Below are positions 34,872 through 44,992 of a DNA stretch of 64,000 nt, in pieces. This DNA comes from Ramlibacter sp. (lineage in GTDB: Bacteria; Pseudomonadota; Gammaproteobacteria; Burkholderiales; Burkholderiaceae_C). The DNA lies in NCBI GenBank assembly GCA_021323335.1, contig JAJTCN010000007.1:8779-72778 (forward strand). Reading direction: 5' to 3'. Below the pieces are notes generated by a model. The model saw only the letters and a program-made list of their open reading frames with translations. It ran no database searches and was not told where the DNA came from. The stretch's first letter is position 1. Each line of letters starts with the position of its first letter. A program made the translations under genes and the position numbers.

Positions 34872-36293
34872 GTGACCGCCAACGCCCTCGACCTCGTTGT
34901 CCGCAACGCGCGCGTGGCGACCGCCAGCGACACCTTCGATTGCGACATCGGCATCCGCAACGGCCGCGTGGCCCTGCTCGGTGAAGGCCTGCCGGCCGGA
35001 ACGCGCGAGATCGATGCGGCGGGGCGTACCGTCACTCCCGGTGGCGTGGACGCGCATTGCCATCTCGACCAGCCGATGGAGGGTCCGGTGAAGATGGCCG
35101 ACGACTTCCTGACCGGCACGCGGTCGGCGGCCTGCGGCGGCACCACCACCGTGATCCCGTTCGCCGCCCAGATGAAGGGCCAGTCGCTGGAGGCCGCGGT
35201 GGTGGACTACCACGGGCGGGCCGAAGGCAAGGCCTGCATCGACTACGCCTTCCACCTGATCGTCAGCGATCCCACGCCGCAGGTGCTGGCGACGGAACTG
35301 CCGCGCCTGATCTCCCAGGGCTACACCTCGTTCAAGGTCTACATGACCTACGACGACCTCAAGCTCGACGACGGGCAGATCCTCGACGTGCTCGACGTCG
35401 CGCGCACGCACGGTGCGCTGGCCATGGTGCACGCGGAAAACGCCGACTGCATCGAGTGGCTGACGAAACGGCTGGAAGCCGCTGGCCGCACCGCGCCGCG
35501 CTGGCATGCGCACGCGCGGCCGATGCTGGTGGAGCGCGAGGCCACCCACCGCGCGATCGCCTTGTCCGAACTGGTCGACGTGCCGATCCTCATCGTGCAC
35601 GTGTCAGGCCGCGAAGCCATCGAGCAGATCCGCTGGGCGCGAGCGCACGGCCTGTCGGTGTTCGCCGAGACCTGCCCGCAGTACCTGTTCCTCACCGCGG
35701 AGGACCTCGGCATCGACGACAGCTACCAGGGCGCGCGCTGCGTATGCAGCCCGCCGCCGCGCGACAAGGCCAACCAGGAAATCATCTGGGACGGACTCGG
35801 AGACGGCCTGTTCACCGTGTTTTCCTCCGACCACGCACCGTTTCGCTACGACGACCCGCAGGGCAAGAAGCCGGGCGGCGAGGAAGTACCCTTCCGCCAC
35901 ATCCCCAACGGCATTCCGGGGCTGGAGACGCGGCTGCCGTTGTTGTACTCCGAAGGCGTGCTGGGCGGCCGCATCACGCTGCAGAAGTTCGTCGAGCTCA
36001 CCGCCACCAATCCCGCCAAGGCCTATGGCCTCCATCCGCGCAAGGGCACCATCGCGGTCGGCAGCGACGCCGACCTGGTGGTCTGGGACGAGCGCGCGCT
36101 GGCCATCGACAACCGCAGGCTGCACCATGCGGTGGACTACACACCCTACGAAGGCATGCAGCTGAAGGCCTGGCCGGGCCTCACGCTCAGCCGCGGCGAA
36201 GTGGTGTGGGACGGCACGTCGTTCACCGGCCAGGCCGGCCGCGGCAAGTTCCTGCCGTGTGGAACGCCGTCGCTGTTGCCGAAGCGGACGTGA
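34872..36293 (+). CDS. hydA: dihydropyrimidinase/D-hydantoinase
   Basis: DAHCH, SFKVY, MVHAEN, IVHVS, AETCPQYL, SSDHAP, NPAK.YGL, GSDADLV. Confidence 0.9.
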   Translation: MTANALDLVVRNARVATASDTFDCDIGIRNGRVALLGEGLPAGTREIDAAGRTVTPGGVDAHCHLDQPMEGPVKMADDFLTGTRSAACGGTTTVIPFAAQMKGQSLEAAVVDYHGRAEGKACIDYAFHLIVSDPTPQVLATELPRLISQGYTSFKVYMTYDDLKLDDGQILDVLDVARTHGALAMVHAENADCIEWLTKRLEAAGRTAPRWHAHARPMLVEREATHRAIALSELVDVPILIVHVSGREAIEQIRWARAHGLSVFAETCPQYLFLTAEDLGIDDSYQGARCVCSPPPRDKANQEIIWDGLGDGLFTVFSSDHAPFRYDDPQGKKPGGEEVPFRHIPNGIPGLETRLPLLYSEGVLGGRITLQKFVELTATNPAKAYGLHPRKGTIAVGSDADLVVWDERALAIDNRRLHHAVDYTPYEGMQLKAWPGLTLSRGEVVWDGTSFTGQAGRGKFLPCGTPSLLPKRT

Positions 36294-36306
36294 GGAGCGA
36301 GCGACC

Positions 36307-37053
36307 ATGCGCGTGCTGCTGATCAACCCCAACATCACCGACAGCGTGTCGGCGCTGATCCGCGCCGAGGCGCAGCGCAGCGCGTCGCCGGGGACCGAGG
36401 TCGACGTGCTGACCGCGCCCTTCGGCGTCGCCTACATCGAGACCCGCTTCGAGGCGCTGCTCGGCGCCTATGCCACCGCGCAACTGGCCGCCGAACATGC
36501 GGCAAACTACGACGCGGTGGTGGTGGCGGCCTTCGGCGACCCCGGCCTCGCGGCCCTGCGCGAAGTGCTGCCGGTGCCGGTGACCGGCCTCACCGAGGCG
36601 GCATTGGCCAGCGCGCACCTGCTGGGCCACCGCATCTCCATCATCGCCATCTCGCAGCGCATCCAGGCCTGGTACCGCGAGGTGGTGGAGAGCTACGGCT
36701 TCTCCTCGCGCCTGGCCAGCATCCGGGCGCTGGACCGCCCGCTGGCCAGCATCGGCGGCGTGCAGGACGAGCACGCGCAGGCCCTGCAGGACCTGGCCGA
36801 ACGCGCGGTTGCCGAGGACGGCGCCGACGTGATCATCCTCGCCGGCGCGCCGCTCGCGGGGCTGGCGCGCTCGCTGCACGGCCGCCTGCCGGTGCCGGTG
36901 GTGGACGGCGTCTCCAGCGCGGTGCGCCATGCCGAAACGCTGGCGGCGCTGAAGCCCGGGCGGGCCCGGCAAGGCAGCTTTTCCCGGCCACCCGCCAAAC
37001 CCCACCGCGGCCTGCCCGACGCCATCGCGCGGCTGCTCGATTCCCCTCGCTGA
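36307..37053 (+). CDS. hydantoin racemase-like protein lacking both catalytic Cys
   Basis: LLINPN, VAAFGDPG, PVTGLTEAA, ILAGAPLAG, PVPVVDGV. Confidence 0.8.
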   Translation: MRVLLINPNITDSVSALIRAEAQRSASPGTEVDVLTAPFGVAYIETRFEALLGAYATAQLAAEHAANYDAVVVAAFGDPGLAALREVLPVPVTGLTEAALASAHLLGHRISIIAISQRIQAWYREVVESYGFSSRLASIRALDRPLASIGGVQDEHAQALQDLAERAVAEDGADVIILAGAPLAGLARSLHGRLPVPVVDGVSSAVRHAETLAALKPGRARQGSFSRPPAKPHRGLPDAIARLLDSPR

Positions 37054-37083
37054 ACTCCCTTCCTTTCCACTCCAGGAGCTTCC

Positions 37084-38136
37084 ATGACCTTCCGCCTTCC
37101 CCTGAAAACACTCGCCGCCGCGGCCCTGGCCGCGCTGCTGGTGCTGCCGGCCGCCGCCCAGGAACGCATCAAGTTCAAGGCCATCGGCCAGCCGCTGGCC
37201 ACCGGACTGATCCAGAAGAACAAGGAGCAGCCGTTCTTCGAGAATTTCGCGGAGCGCACCGGACTGCCCATCGACGTGGACTACAAGCCCATCGACACCC
37301 TCGGGCTGAAGGACACCGAGCAGCTGCGGGTGATGAAGGCCGGCCTGTTCGACATCGTGTCGCTGCGCGTGTCGCAGAACTCGCGCGACGAGCCCACGCT
37401 CCTGGGCCTGGACCTGGTGGGCGCCAGCCCCGACTACGCCACCGGCCGCAAGGTGTCCAAGGCCTACTTCAAGACCGTGGACGAGCGCCTGCAGAAGCAG
37501 TTCAACGTCAAGCTGCTGGGCGTGTGGCCGTTCGGCCCGCAGATCCTGTTCTGCAAGAAGCCGATCACCAAGCTGGGCGACATCAAGGGCATGAAGGTCC
37601 GCGTGTACGACCAGAACCTGGCCAAGTTCATCGAGATGGTCGGCGGCACGCCGGTGCCCATCTCCTTCGCCGACACGCACCAGTCGCTGTCGCTCGGCGT
37701 GGTCGACTGCGCCATCACCGGCCCGAGCTCGGCCAACTCCGCCGGCTGGCCGGAGGTGACGACGCACCAGCTTCCGCTGGGCTTCCAGATGGCGCTGAAC
37801 GGCTACGCGATGACGCTCAAGGCCTGGAACCAGCTCAAGCCCGACCAGCAGGTCAAGCTGCAGGCCGCCTTCGACAAGCTGACCGAGGAGATCTGGGTCT
37901 ATTCCGAAGAGCTGTTCCAGGACGCGCTGAACTGCAACACGGGCAAGGATCCCTGCACCACCGGCAAGAAGTTCAAGCTGGTCAACGTGCCGCTGCAGCC
38001 CGCCGACAATGAACTGATCCGCGGCGCGGTGAGCAAGGTGTCGCTGCCGACCTGGGCGGAGATCTGTGACAAGTCCAACCCCGGCTGCTCCAAGGGCTGG
38101 AGCGCGCAGGTCGCACCGGTGCTGGGGCTGAAGTGA
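37084..38136 (+). CDS. TRAP transporter substrate-binding protein (DctP family)
   Basis: Signal peptide; DIKGMKVRV, GGTPVPISF, LSLGVVD. Confidence 0.88.
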   Translation: MTFRLPLKTLAAAALAALLVLPAAAQERIKFKAIGQPLATGLIQKNKEQPFFENFAERTGLPIDVDYKPIDTLGLKDTEQLRVMKAGLFDIVSLRVSQNSRDEPTLLGLDLVGASPDYATGRKVSKAYFKTVDERLQKQFNVKLLGVWPFGPQILFCKKPITKLGDIKGMKVRVYDQNLAKFIEMVGGTPVPISFADTHQSLSLGVVDCAITGPSSANSAGWPEVTTHQLPLGFQMALNGYAMTLKAWNQLKPDQQVKLQAAFDKLTEEIWVYSEELFQDALNCNTGKDPCTTGKKFKLVNVPLQPADNELIRGAVSKVSLPTWAEICDKSNPGCSKGWSAQVAPVLGLK

Positions 38137-38783
38137 ACCCGGGCGCGTCCACCATACTGGAGGAGGGCGCGCCCAAGGCCGCCCCCTTACCGGAGACCAG
38201 CGTGAAGGCACACATCGAAAACGTTCTCGCCTGGGTGTTCGGCACCATCTTCCTGGCGCTCGCCGCCGTCGTGACGGTGGAGACGATTTCACGCAAGGTC
38301 TTCAACATCTCCCTGCAGGGGGCGGACGAACTCGGCGGCTATGCGCTGGCGGTGGGCTCCACCATCGCCTTCAGCCTGGCCCTGATGGGACGCAACCACA
38401 TCCGGGTGGACGTGTTCCACGAAATGATGCCGCGGCGGGCGCAGGCCTTCCTGAACTGGTTCTCGATCGTCAGCATCGCTGTCTTCGGCATCTTCGTCGC
38501 CTGGGTGGCCACCAAGGTCATCGCCGACACCCAGGCCTACGGCAGCACCGCGCAGACGCCCTGGGCCACCCCGCTGATCTGGCCGCAGTCGGTCTGGTAC
38601 GCGGGGCTGGTCATCTTCGCGCTGGTCGCCACCGGCTACGCCTTGCGCGCCACCGGCCTGCTGGCCACGCGCCGCGTCGACACGCTGAACCACGACTTCC
38701 ATCCGAAGAGCGCGAAGGAAGAACTCAAGGAAGAACTGGACGACCTGGCGCAGCGCCAGGCGGCCGAAGGAGCCAAGCCATGA
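38133..38783 (+). CDS. TRAP transporter small permease (DctQ family)
   Basis: Four TM segments, GADELGGY, HIRVD. Confidence 0.85.
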   Translation: MNPGASTILEEGAPKAAPLPETSVKAHIENVLAWVFGTIFLALAAVVTVETISRKVFNISLQGADELGGYALAVGSTIAFSLALMGRNHIRVDVFHEMMPRRAQAFLNWFSIVSIAVFGIFVAWVATKVIADTQAYGSTAQTPWATPLIWPQSVWYAGLVIFALVATGYALRATGLLATRRVDTLNHDFHPKSAKEELKEELDDLAQRQAAEGAKP

Positions 38784-40072
38784 GCCTTCCCTTCTTCGGC
38801 ATCGCCTTCGCGGCGATGCTGGGCATGATGCTGATCGGGATGCCGATCGCCGTTTCGATGGCGCTGGTCGGCATCGTCGGCGGCATCGCCGCCTACGGCG
38901 CGCCCTTCATGGACTCGATCGCCCCCGTGGTCTGGGGCGTGCACAACGAGAACCTGCTCACCTGCATCCCGCTGTTCGTTCTGCTCGGCGAGCTGCTGCT
39001 GCGCTCCGGCATCGCCGACCGCATGTACATCGCGCTGTCCGCCTGGCTGGGCCGGCTGCCGGGCGGCCTGCTGCACACCAACATCGGCAGCTGCGCGCTG
39101 TTCGCCGCGACCTCCGGTTCCTCCGTGGCGACGGCCGCCACCGTGGGGACCGTGGCGCTGCCCTCGCTGCAGCGCCGCGGTTATTCCATGCGCGCCTCGC
39201 TCGGCAGCCTGGCCGCCGGCGGCACGCTCGGCATCCTGATCCCGCCGAGCGTGAACATGATCGTGTACGGCTCGCTCACCAACAACTCGATCGGCCAGCT
39301 GTTCATCGCCGGCATCATCCCCGGCCTGCTGCTCACCGGCTGCTTCATGCTGTACATCGCCATCTCCAGCGTCGCCAGCGGCAAGGTGATGCGCGAGGCG
39401 AAGGTGCCATTCGCCGACAAGCTGCGCAGCCTGGTGCACCTGGTCCCGCCGGTCGTGGTGTTCGGCATCGTCATGGGCAGCCTGTACTTCGGCATCGCCA
39501 CCACCACCGAGAGCGCGGCGCTGGGCGTGACGGCGGCCATGGGCTTCGTCTGGCATTCCGGCAAGATGAGCCGCGAGCTGCTGCGCAACTGCTTCATCTC
39601 CACCGCACGCGTCAGCGGGATGATCCTGCTGATCATGACGGCCGCGTTCATCCTGAACCTGGCCATCAGCCTGACCGGCGTCGCCGAGCAGATGACCAAG
39701 TGGGTCACCAGCCTCGGGCTCTCCGCCACCGCGCTGATCCTGGTGCTGATCGTCTTCTACCTGGTCCTCGGCATGTTCATGGACGTGCTGTCGATGCAGG
39801 TCGCCACCATCCCCATCACCTATCCCATCGCGGTGGCCGTCGGCATCGACCCGATCTGGTTCGGCATCTTCATCGTGCTGATGTGCGAGCTGGGGCTGAT
39901 CACGCCGCCGGTGGGCATGAACCTGTTCGTGGTGCACGGCATCCGGCCCGACAAGGGCGGCATCGAGGACGCCATCTGGGGCGCTTTGCCTTACGCGGTG
40001 ATCATGATCCTGTTCACGATGCTGTTGCTGGCGGTGCCGCAGCTGGTGACCTGGCTGCCGGGACGCATGTGA
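38780..40072 (+). CDS. TRAP transporter large permease (DctM family)
   Basis: IPLFVLLGEL, SGSSVATA, LGILIPPS, TTTESAA, ITPPVGMNLFV. Confidence 0.93.
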   Translation: MSLPFFGIAFAAMLGMMLIGMPIAVSMALVGIVGGIAAYGAPFMDSIAPVVWGVHNENLLTCIPLFVLLGELLLRSGIADRMYIALSAWLGRLPGGLLHTNIGSCALFAATSGSSVATAATVGTVALPSLQRRGYSMRASLGSLAAGGTLGILIPPSVNMIVYGSLTNNSIGQLFIAGIIPGLLLTGCFMLYIAISSVASGKVMREAKVPFADKLRSLVHLVPPVVVFGIVMGSLYFGIATTTESAALGVTAAMGFVWHSGKMSRELLRNCFISTARVSGMILLIMTAAFILNLAISLTGVAEQMTKWVTSLGLSATALILVLIVFYLVLGMFMDVLSMQVATIPITYPIAVAVGIDPIWFGIFIVLMCELGLITPPVGMNLFVVHGIRPDKGGIEDAIWGALPYAVIMILFTMLLLAVPQLVTWLPGRM

Positions 40073-40073
40073 G

Positions 40074-41477
40074 ATGGCAGTGACGGAACTCTGGCGCTTG
40101 TCCGCCACGGAACTGCGGCAGGGCTATCGCGACGGGCTGAGCCCGCTTGCCGTCGCCCAGGCCTGCCTGGCGCGGCTGGAGGCGGTGAACCCGCGCATCA
40201 ACGCGGTGGTGGCGCGGCGCGACGCGGCCTTCCTGCGCGAGGCACAGGCCTCCGCGGAGCGCCACGCGCGCGGCGCGCCGCTGTCGCCGCTGGACGGCAT
40301 CCCGCTGTCGGTGAAGGACAGCCTCTACACCGTGGACCAGCCCACCAGCTGGGGCTGCCCGGCGCTGCGCGCGCATGCGACGGGGCAGGACGAGCTGGCG
40401 GTGGGCCGCGCGCGCGCCGCCGGTGCGCTGATCATCGGCAAAACCAACGTGCCGGAATTCGCGCTGGAGGGCTACACCGCCAACCCGGTCTACGGCGTCA
40501 CCCGCAATCCCTGGGACCTGGCGCTCACGCCGGGCGGCTCCACGGGCGGCGGCGTGGCCGCGGTGGCCGCCGGCATCACGCCGCTGGCGATCGGGCAGGA
40601 CGGCGGCGGTTCGATCCGCCGGCCGGCCTCGCACACCGGCCTGGTGGGACTGAAGCCGTCGCTGTCCGCGGTGCCGCGCGAGCACGTGCTGCCGAGCCTG
40701 CTGCTGGATTTCGAAGTCATCGGCCCGCTGGCGCGCACGGTGGCGGATGCGCGCCTGCTGTTCGAGGTGATGCGGGGCCCGGCGGCGGTGGACCGCAGCT
40801 CGCTGGCTGCGGCCTTCGCAGCGCGCGATGCGCGCAAGCCGGGCGCCTTGCGCATCCTCTACGTCGAGCGTTTCGGCAGTGCACCGCTGGATCCGCAGAT
40901 CGCCGCCAGCGTGGGCGCAGCGGTGCGGCACCTCGCCGCGCTGGGCCACCGCGTCGACACCGGCAGCCTCCCGCTGGACCTGGACTTCTTCACGGAAGCG
41001 TGGCCGCAGGTCGGCCAGATCGGCCTGGCGCAGATGTTCGATCGCCACCCCGACTGGGCTACGCAAGCCTCTCCCAAGTACCTCGACATGGCGGAGAAAG
41101 GCCGGGCCCTGCCCGGTGCGCGGCTGTGGCAGATCCTGGAACAGGTCAAGCGCCTGCGCCGCGACACCGCCAAGCTGTTCCGTGACGTCGACGTCATCGT
41201 GCTGCCGGCCGCGGCGGCCTTGCCGTGGAAGGCGGAGGAGTCCCATCCGACCCGCATCGACGGCCAGGAAGTGGGGCCGCGCGGCCACGCCGTCTACACC
41301 GGCTGGGTCAACGCCGCGGGCCTGCCCGGGCTGGCGCTCCCCTGCGCACCGTCGCGGGAAGGATTGCCCATCGGCATGCAGCTGGTCGGGCCTTACGGCA
41401 GCGACGACGCGCTGCTGGACCTGGGCGCGGCGTACGAGGCGGCGCAGCCGTGGTCGCAGCGGCGTCCCGCCTTGTGA
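40074..41477 (+). CDS. amidase-signature family amidase
   Basis: SVKD, GKTNVPEF, PGGSTGG, GQDGGGSIRRPA, GLPIGMQL. Confidence 0.92.
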   Translation: MAVTELWRLSATELRQGYRDGLSPLAVAQACLARLEAVNPRINAVVARRDAAFLREAQASAERHARGAPLSPLDGIPLSVKDSLYTVDQPTSWGCPALRAHATGQDELAVGRARAAGALIIGKTNVPEFALEGYTANPVYGVTRNPWDLALTPGGSTGGGVAAVAAGITPLAIGQDGGGSIRRPASHTGLVGLKPSLSAVPREHVLPSLLLDFEVIGPLARTVADARLLFEVMRGPAAVDRSSLAAAFAARDARKPGALRILYVERFGSAPLDPQIAASVGAAVRHLAALGHRVDTGSLPLDLDFFTEAWPQVGQIGLAQMFDRHPDWATQASPKYLDMAEKGRALPGARLWQILEQVKRLRRDTAKLFRDVDVIVLPAAAALPWKAEESHPTRIDGQEVGPRGHAVYTGWVNAAGLPGLALPCAPSREGLPIGMQLVGPYGSDDALLDLGAAYEAAQPWSQRRPAL

Positions 41478-41623
41478 AGCTTGCTGCACCGCAGCGAGTC
41501 CATCTGTTTCGGGCAAAAGCGTTTCGCCTTGGCATGCTAACGATCGAGGCGTAGTCTGGCGGCCGGCCTCAGGGCCCGACGGTCGCCTTTCCCGGACCGC
41601 GCAACAAAGGAGACTCTTCAGAC

Positions 41624-42691
41624 ATGGCCAAGATCCTCATCCTGGGCGCCTCGTACGGCTCCCTCCTCGCCTCCAAGCTGCTGTTCGCCGGCCACGAGGT
41701 GAAGCTCGTCTGCCTGCCCGCCGAAGCGGACCTGATCAACGCGGAGGGCTTCCGGGTGCGCATGCCGATCCGCGGCCGCGCCGAACCCGTTGAGATCGAC
41801 TCGCGCAAGCTGCCGGGCAAGGTGTCCGCCGGCGGCACCGGCGACGTCAACCCGGCCGACTACGACCTGGTCGGCCTGGCGATGCAGGAGCCGCAGTACC
41901 GCTCGCCCGGCGTGCGCGAGCTGCTGTCGGCGGTTGCGAAGTCCAAGGTCCCCTGCATGTCCATCATGAACATGCCGCCGCTGCCCTACCTGCGCCGCAT
42001 CCCCGGCGTGGACGCCGATGCGCTGAAGGCCGCGTACACCGACGCGAGCGTGTGGGACGACTTCGACCCGGCGCTGCTGACGCTGTGCAGCCCCGACCCG
42101 CAGGCGATCCGGCCGCCGGAGGAGAAGGTCAACGTGCTGCAGGTCACGCTGCCGACCAACTTCAAGGTGGCGCGCTTCAACAACAACAAGCACACCGAGC
42201 TGCTGCGCCAGCTGGAGAAGGACGTCGACGCGGTGCGCTTCGCCGCGCCGGAAGGTCCGATCGAACTGCCGGTCAAGCTGCGCGTTTCGGACTCCATCTT
42301 CGTGCCGCTGGCCAAGTGGTCGATGCTGCTGGCCGGCAACTACCGCTGCATCACCGCCGACGGCATGCGCACGGCGCAGGAGGCGGTGCACACCGACATC
42401 GCCGAATCGAAGTCGGTCTACGACTTCGTCTACGACGTCTGCCTGCGGCTGGGCGCCCACCCCGACGACCTGGTGCCGTTCGAGAAGTACGCCGCGGCGG
42501 CGCAGAGCCTCACGCGGCCGGCCTCCGCGGCGCGCGCGCTGCAGAACGGCGCGACGAACATCGAGCGGGCCGACAAGCTGGTGCAGCTGGTGGCGCGGCA
42601 ACTCGGCCTGCGGCATCCGGTGATCGACCGCGGCGTCGACCTGGTGGACACGCGGCTGCATGCCAATCGCGAGAAGGCGGCGAAGAAGTAG
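41624..42691 (+). CDS. ketopantoate-reductase-like Rossmann-fold protein of unknown function
   Basis: ILILGASYGSLLA N-terminus; strong AAGGAG RBS; strongly biased codons. Confidence 0.6.
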   Translation: MAKILILGASYGSLLASKLLFAGHEVKLVCLPAEADLINAEGFRVRMPIRGRAEPVEIDSRKLPGKVSAGGTGDVNPADYDLVGLAMQEPQYRSPGVRELLSAVAKSKVPCMSIMNMPPLPYLRRIPGVDADALKAAYTDASVWDDFDPALLTLCSPDPQAIRPPEEKVNVLQVTLPTNFKVARFNNNKHTELLRQLEKDVDAVRFAAPEGPIELPVKLRVSDSIFVPLAKWSMLLAGNYRCITADGMRTAQEAVHTDIAESKSVYDFVYDVCLRLGAHPDDLVPFEKYAAAAQSLTRPASAARALQNGATNIERADKLVQLVARQLGLRHPVIDRGVDLVDTRLHANREKAAKK

Positions 42692-42723
42692 CATCGGCGT
42701 TTCCCTTCGCAGGAGATGGACGA

Positions 42724-43494
42724 ATGACGAACCCGGTGCAGGCCGTGGCCGCCGTGCTGTTGCAGGCGCGGCGCGACAACCAGGTCGCCGATGCGGCGCC
42801 GCTGGAGACGCTGTTGCAGGCCCCCGAGGAGGCCTATGCGGTGCAGGAGCAGGTGGGGCGGTCGGCCGACTGGTTCGCCAGCGGCGTCCCGCGCCACTGG
42901 AAGTCCGGCGGGCCCTCGCGCACCGGCGCCCTCACGCACGCGCCGCTGCCGCCGGCCAACGTCTGGGCCAGTCCCGCCGACGCGCGCGCCTGCCACTTCA
43001 ACCATCGCCTGATCGAGGCCGAAGTGGCCTTGCGGCTGGCGCGCGACGTCTCTCCCGACGACGCGGCGAAGCTGGCACACGAAACCGCCGCGACGCTGGT
43101 GGACGGCATGGCCGTCTCCATCGAGGTGGTCGACTCGCGCTGGCGGCAGTTCCCCCAGGGACCCGCCGCGTTGCTGAAGCTGGCCGACCAGCAGTCGCAT
43201 GGCGCGCTGGTGCTGGGCGAATGGCGGCCTTTCGAGGCGCGCGACTGGAGCCGGCAGGCCTGCGTGGTGCAGATCGGCGCCGGCGCGCCGCAGTCGTTCC
43301 GCGGCTCGCAGTCGCTGGGCGACCCGACGTGGCTGCTGCCGATCTGGCTGCAGCACGTCACCCGCCAGGGCGCCACCGTGCCGCGCGGCACGATCGTCAC
43401 CACGGGGACGTGGTGCGGGATGCTGGAAGCGCAGCGCGGCGACACGGTCAAGGTGGTGTTCGAGGGGATCGGCGAGGCGGAAGTTCAGCTGTAG
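42724..43494 (+). CDS. fumarylacetoacetate hydrolase/2-keto-4-pentenoate hydratase-like protein
   Basis: EEAYAVQ, IEAEVALRL, IEVVDSR, ADQQSHGALVLG, IVTTGT. Confidence 0.85.
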   Translation: MTNPVQAVAAVLLQARRDNQVADAAPLETLLQAPEEAYAVQEQVGRSADWFASGVPRHWKSGGPSRTGALTHAPLPPANVWASPADARACHFNHRLIEAEVALRLARDVSPDDAAKLAHETAATLVDGMAVSIEVVDSRWRQFPQGPAALLKLADQQSHGALVLGEWRPFEARDWSRQACVVQIGAGAPQSFRGSQSLGDPTWLLPIWLQHVTRQGATVPRGTIVTTGTWCGMLEAQRGDTVKVVFEGIGEAEVQL

Positions 43495-43504
43495 TCGGCG
43501 GGAC

Positions 43505-43582
43505 GGCGGGGTCGCTTCGCGAACCCGCCCGACGATCCTGCGATCCGCCTCCTGTAGGGCGGGTTCGCGAAGCGACCCCGCC
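43505..43582. repeat. inverted pair of GTAG-type REP elements (REPIN-like)
   Basis: GGCGGGGTCGCTTCGCGAACCCGCCCGAC ... GTAGGGCGGGTTCGCGAAGCGACCCCGCC, 29-bp arms with one mismatch, between convergent genes. Confidence 0.75.
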
Positions 43583-43596
43583 AACGGTGCGCACGC

Positions 43597-44895
43597 TCAA
43601 GCCGCCAGCGCCAGCGGCGCCGCCGCCCGCGTGCGCGGCCGCAGCGCGATGCGCTCCGCCTGCAAGCCGGCCGCCAGCGCGTCCATGCCGCCGCGGCGCG
43701 CCGCCTCCAGCAACGTCAAGTCCAGCAGGTCGCGCTGCGCATGGCTGCCGCCGAAGCGCTGCGCGCCGCTGCGGATGCGCCGCAGCAGTTGCACGCACAA
43801 GGCATGGTTGCCCTCGACGAAGGCCTGCATCGCGCGCGTCGCCGCGGAACCGACGGCCTGCGTGAAGTGCGCGTTGTCCTCGTCGCGTTGCAGGGCGGCG
43901 GCCTGCGCCTGCAGCACCGCCTGTTGCGCGGCCTGGCGGCCGGTGGCGGCGAAGGCCATCATCATGTGCATGTCGTTGAAGGCCAGCCGGCCCGGCGTGC
44001 CGGCGGCCTGCCAGGCATCGGCCACCGCCTCCCAGCGCGCGCCGACGTCCACGCCGCGCAGCTGCAGCCGCCACAGCATCGCGGACGCATCGACCAGGTC
44101 CAGCATCAGGGCCGAACCGGTGGCGATCGCCTGGTCGTACAGGCGCAGCACTTCGTCGATGCGCCCCAGCTCCAGCTGGAACAGCGCCAGGTGCCACCAG
44201 TTGTGCACCGCCAGGAAGCTGCCCTCCGACCAGGTGGCCGCATTCGGCGCCAGCCACGCGACACCGGCGGCCGGCTCGTTGCGCATCTCCAGCACGTGGG
44301 CCACCGCATGCCAGCCCCAGCTGTCGTGCGGCTCCAGCTCCACGCACAGGCGGCCCTGGCGCTCCGCCTGCGCGTAGTCGCCGGTCTCCTCCAGCCCGAA
44401 GGCGTGCATGCCGAGCACCGCGTGGTAGCCGGGCAGGCTGCGCTGCCACGCCGGCAGGGCACGGGCGATGCGGTCGCGCAGCATGCGGGAGTCGCCGGTG
44501 AAGAAGTCCACCTGGTGCCCCGCCTGCAGCGCCAGCAGGTCGCGCGGGTAGCGCAGGCTCAGGTCCTCCAGCAGCCGGCCGGCCTCGTACCAGTGGCCGT
44601 GCGCCAACAGGCGGGCCGCCTGCAGGTGCATGCGCTCGCGGTCGTTGGCGGGCAGCGCGGCGGCCGCGTCGCAGGCGGCGCGGGCCACGGCGATGCCGGC
44701 CGGCTCCGTGCCCAGCAGGTACAGCCAGGCCTTGAACGCGTGCGCCATCGCCATGCCGGGGCTGGCCTCGAGCGCCTGTTCGACCAGGGCGGCCGGGTCG
44801 CCGGTGAAGCACCTGAACTGGTCGAGGGCCGCCTGGTACGGGGCGAGGCTGGAGGCGCTGGCGCCGGAGAGGTCCAGGCCGAGATCGTCTTTCAT
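43597..44895 (-). CDS. TPR protein, TTC38-like
   Basis: YPRDLLAL, GMHAFGLEETG, WGWHAVAHVLEM, HNWWHLALF, DASAMLWRL, GGSHAQRD. Confidence 0.8.
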   Translation of the reverse strand: MKDDLGLDLSGASASSLAPYQAALDQFRCFTGDPAALVEQALEASPGMAMAHAFKAWLYLLGTEPAGIAVARAACDAAAALPANDRERMHLQAARLLAHGHWYEAGRLLEDLSLRYPRDLLALQAGHQVDFFTGDSRMLRDRIARALPAWQRSLPGYHAVLGMHAFGLEETGDYAQAERQGRLCVELEPHDSWGWHAVAHVLEMRNEPAAGVAWLAPNAATWSEGSFLAVHNWWHLALFQLELGRIDEVLRLYDQAIATGSALMLDLVDASAMLWRLQLRGVDVGARWEAVADAWQAAGTPGRLAFNDMHMMMAFAATGRQAAQQAVLQAQAAALQRDEDNAHFTQAVGSAATRAMQAFVEGNHALCVQLLRRIRSGAQRFGGSHAQRDLLDLTLLEAARRGGMDALAAGLQAERIALRPRTRAAAPLALAA

Positions 44896-44992
44896 GGAGA
44901 GCTCCTTGGGTGATTGCGAGGGACGGCAAAGTGTCCGGCGCACGCGCCGCCTAAACTAAGGACATTCCTGCAACGAACCGGTCATTCCTGCC

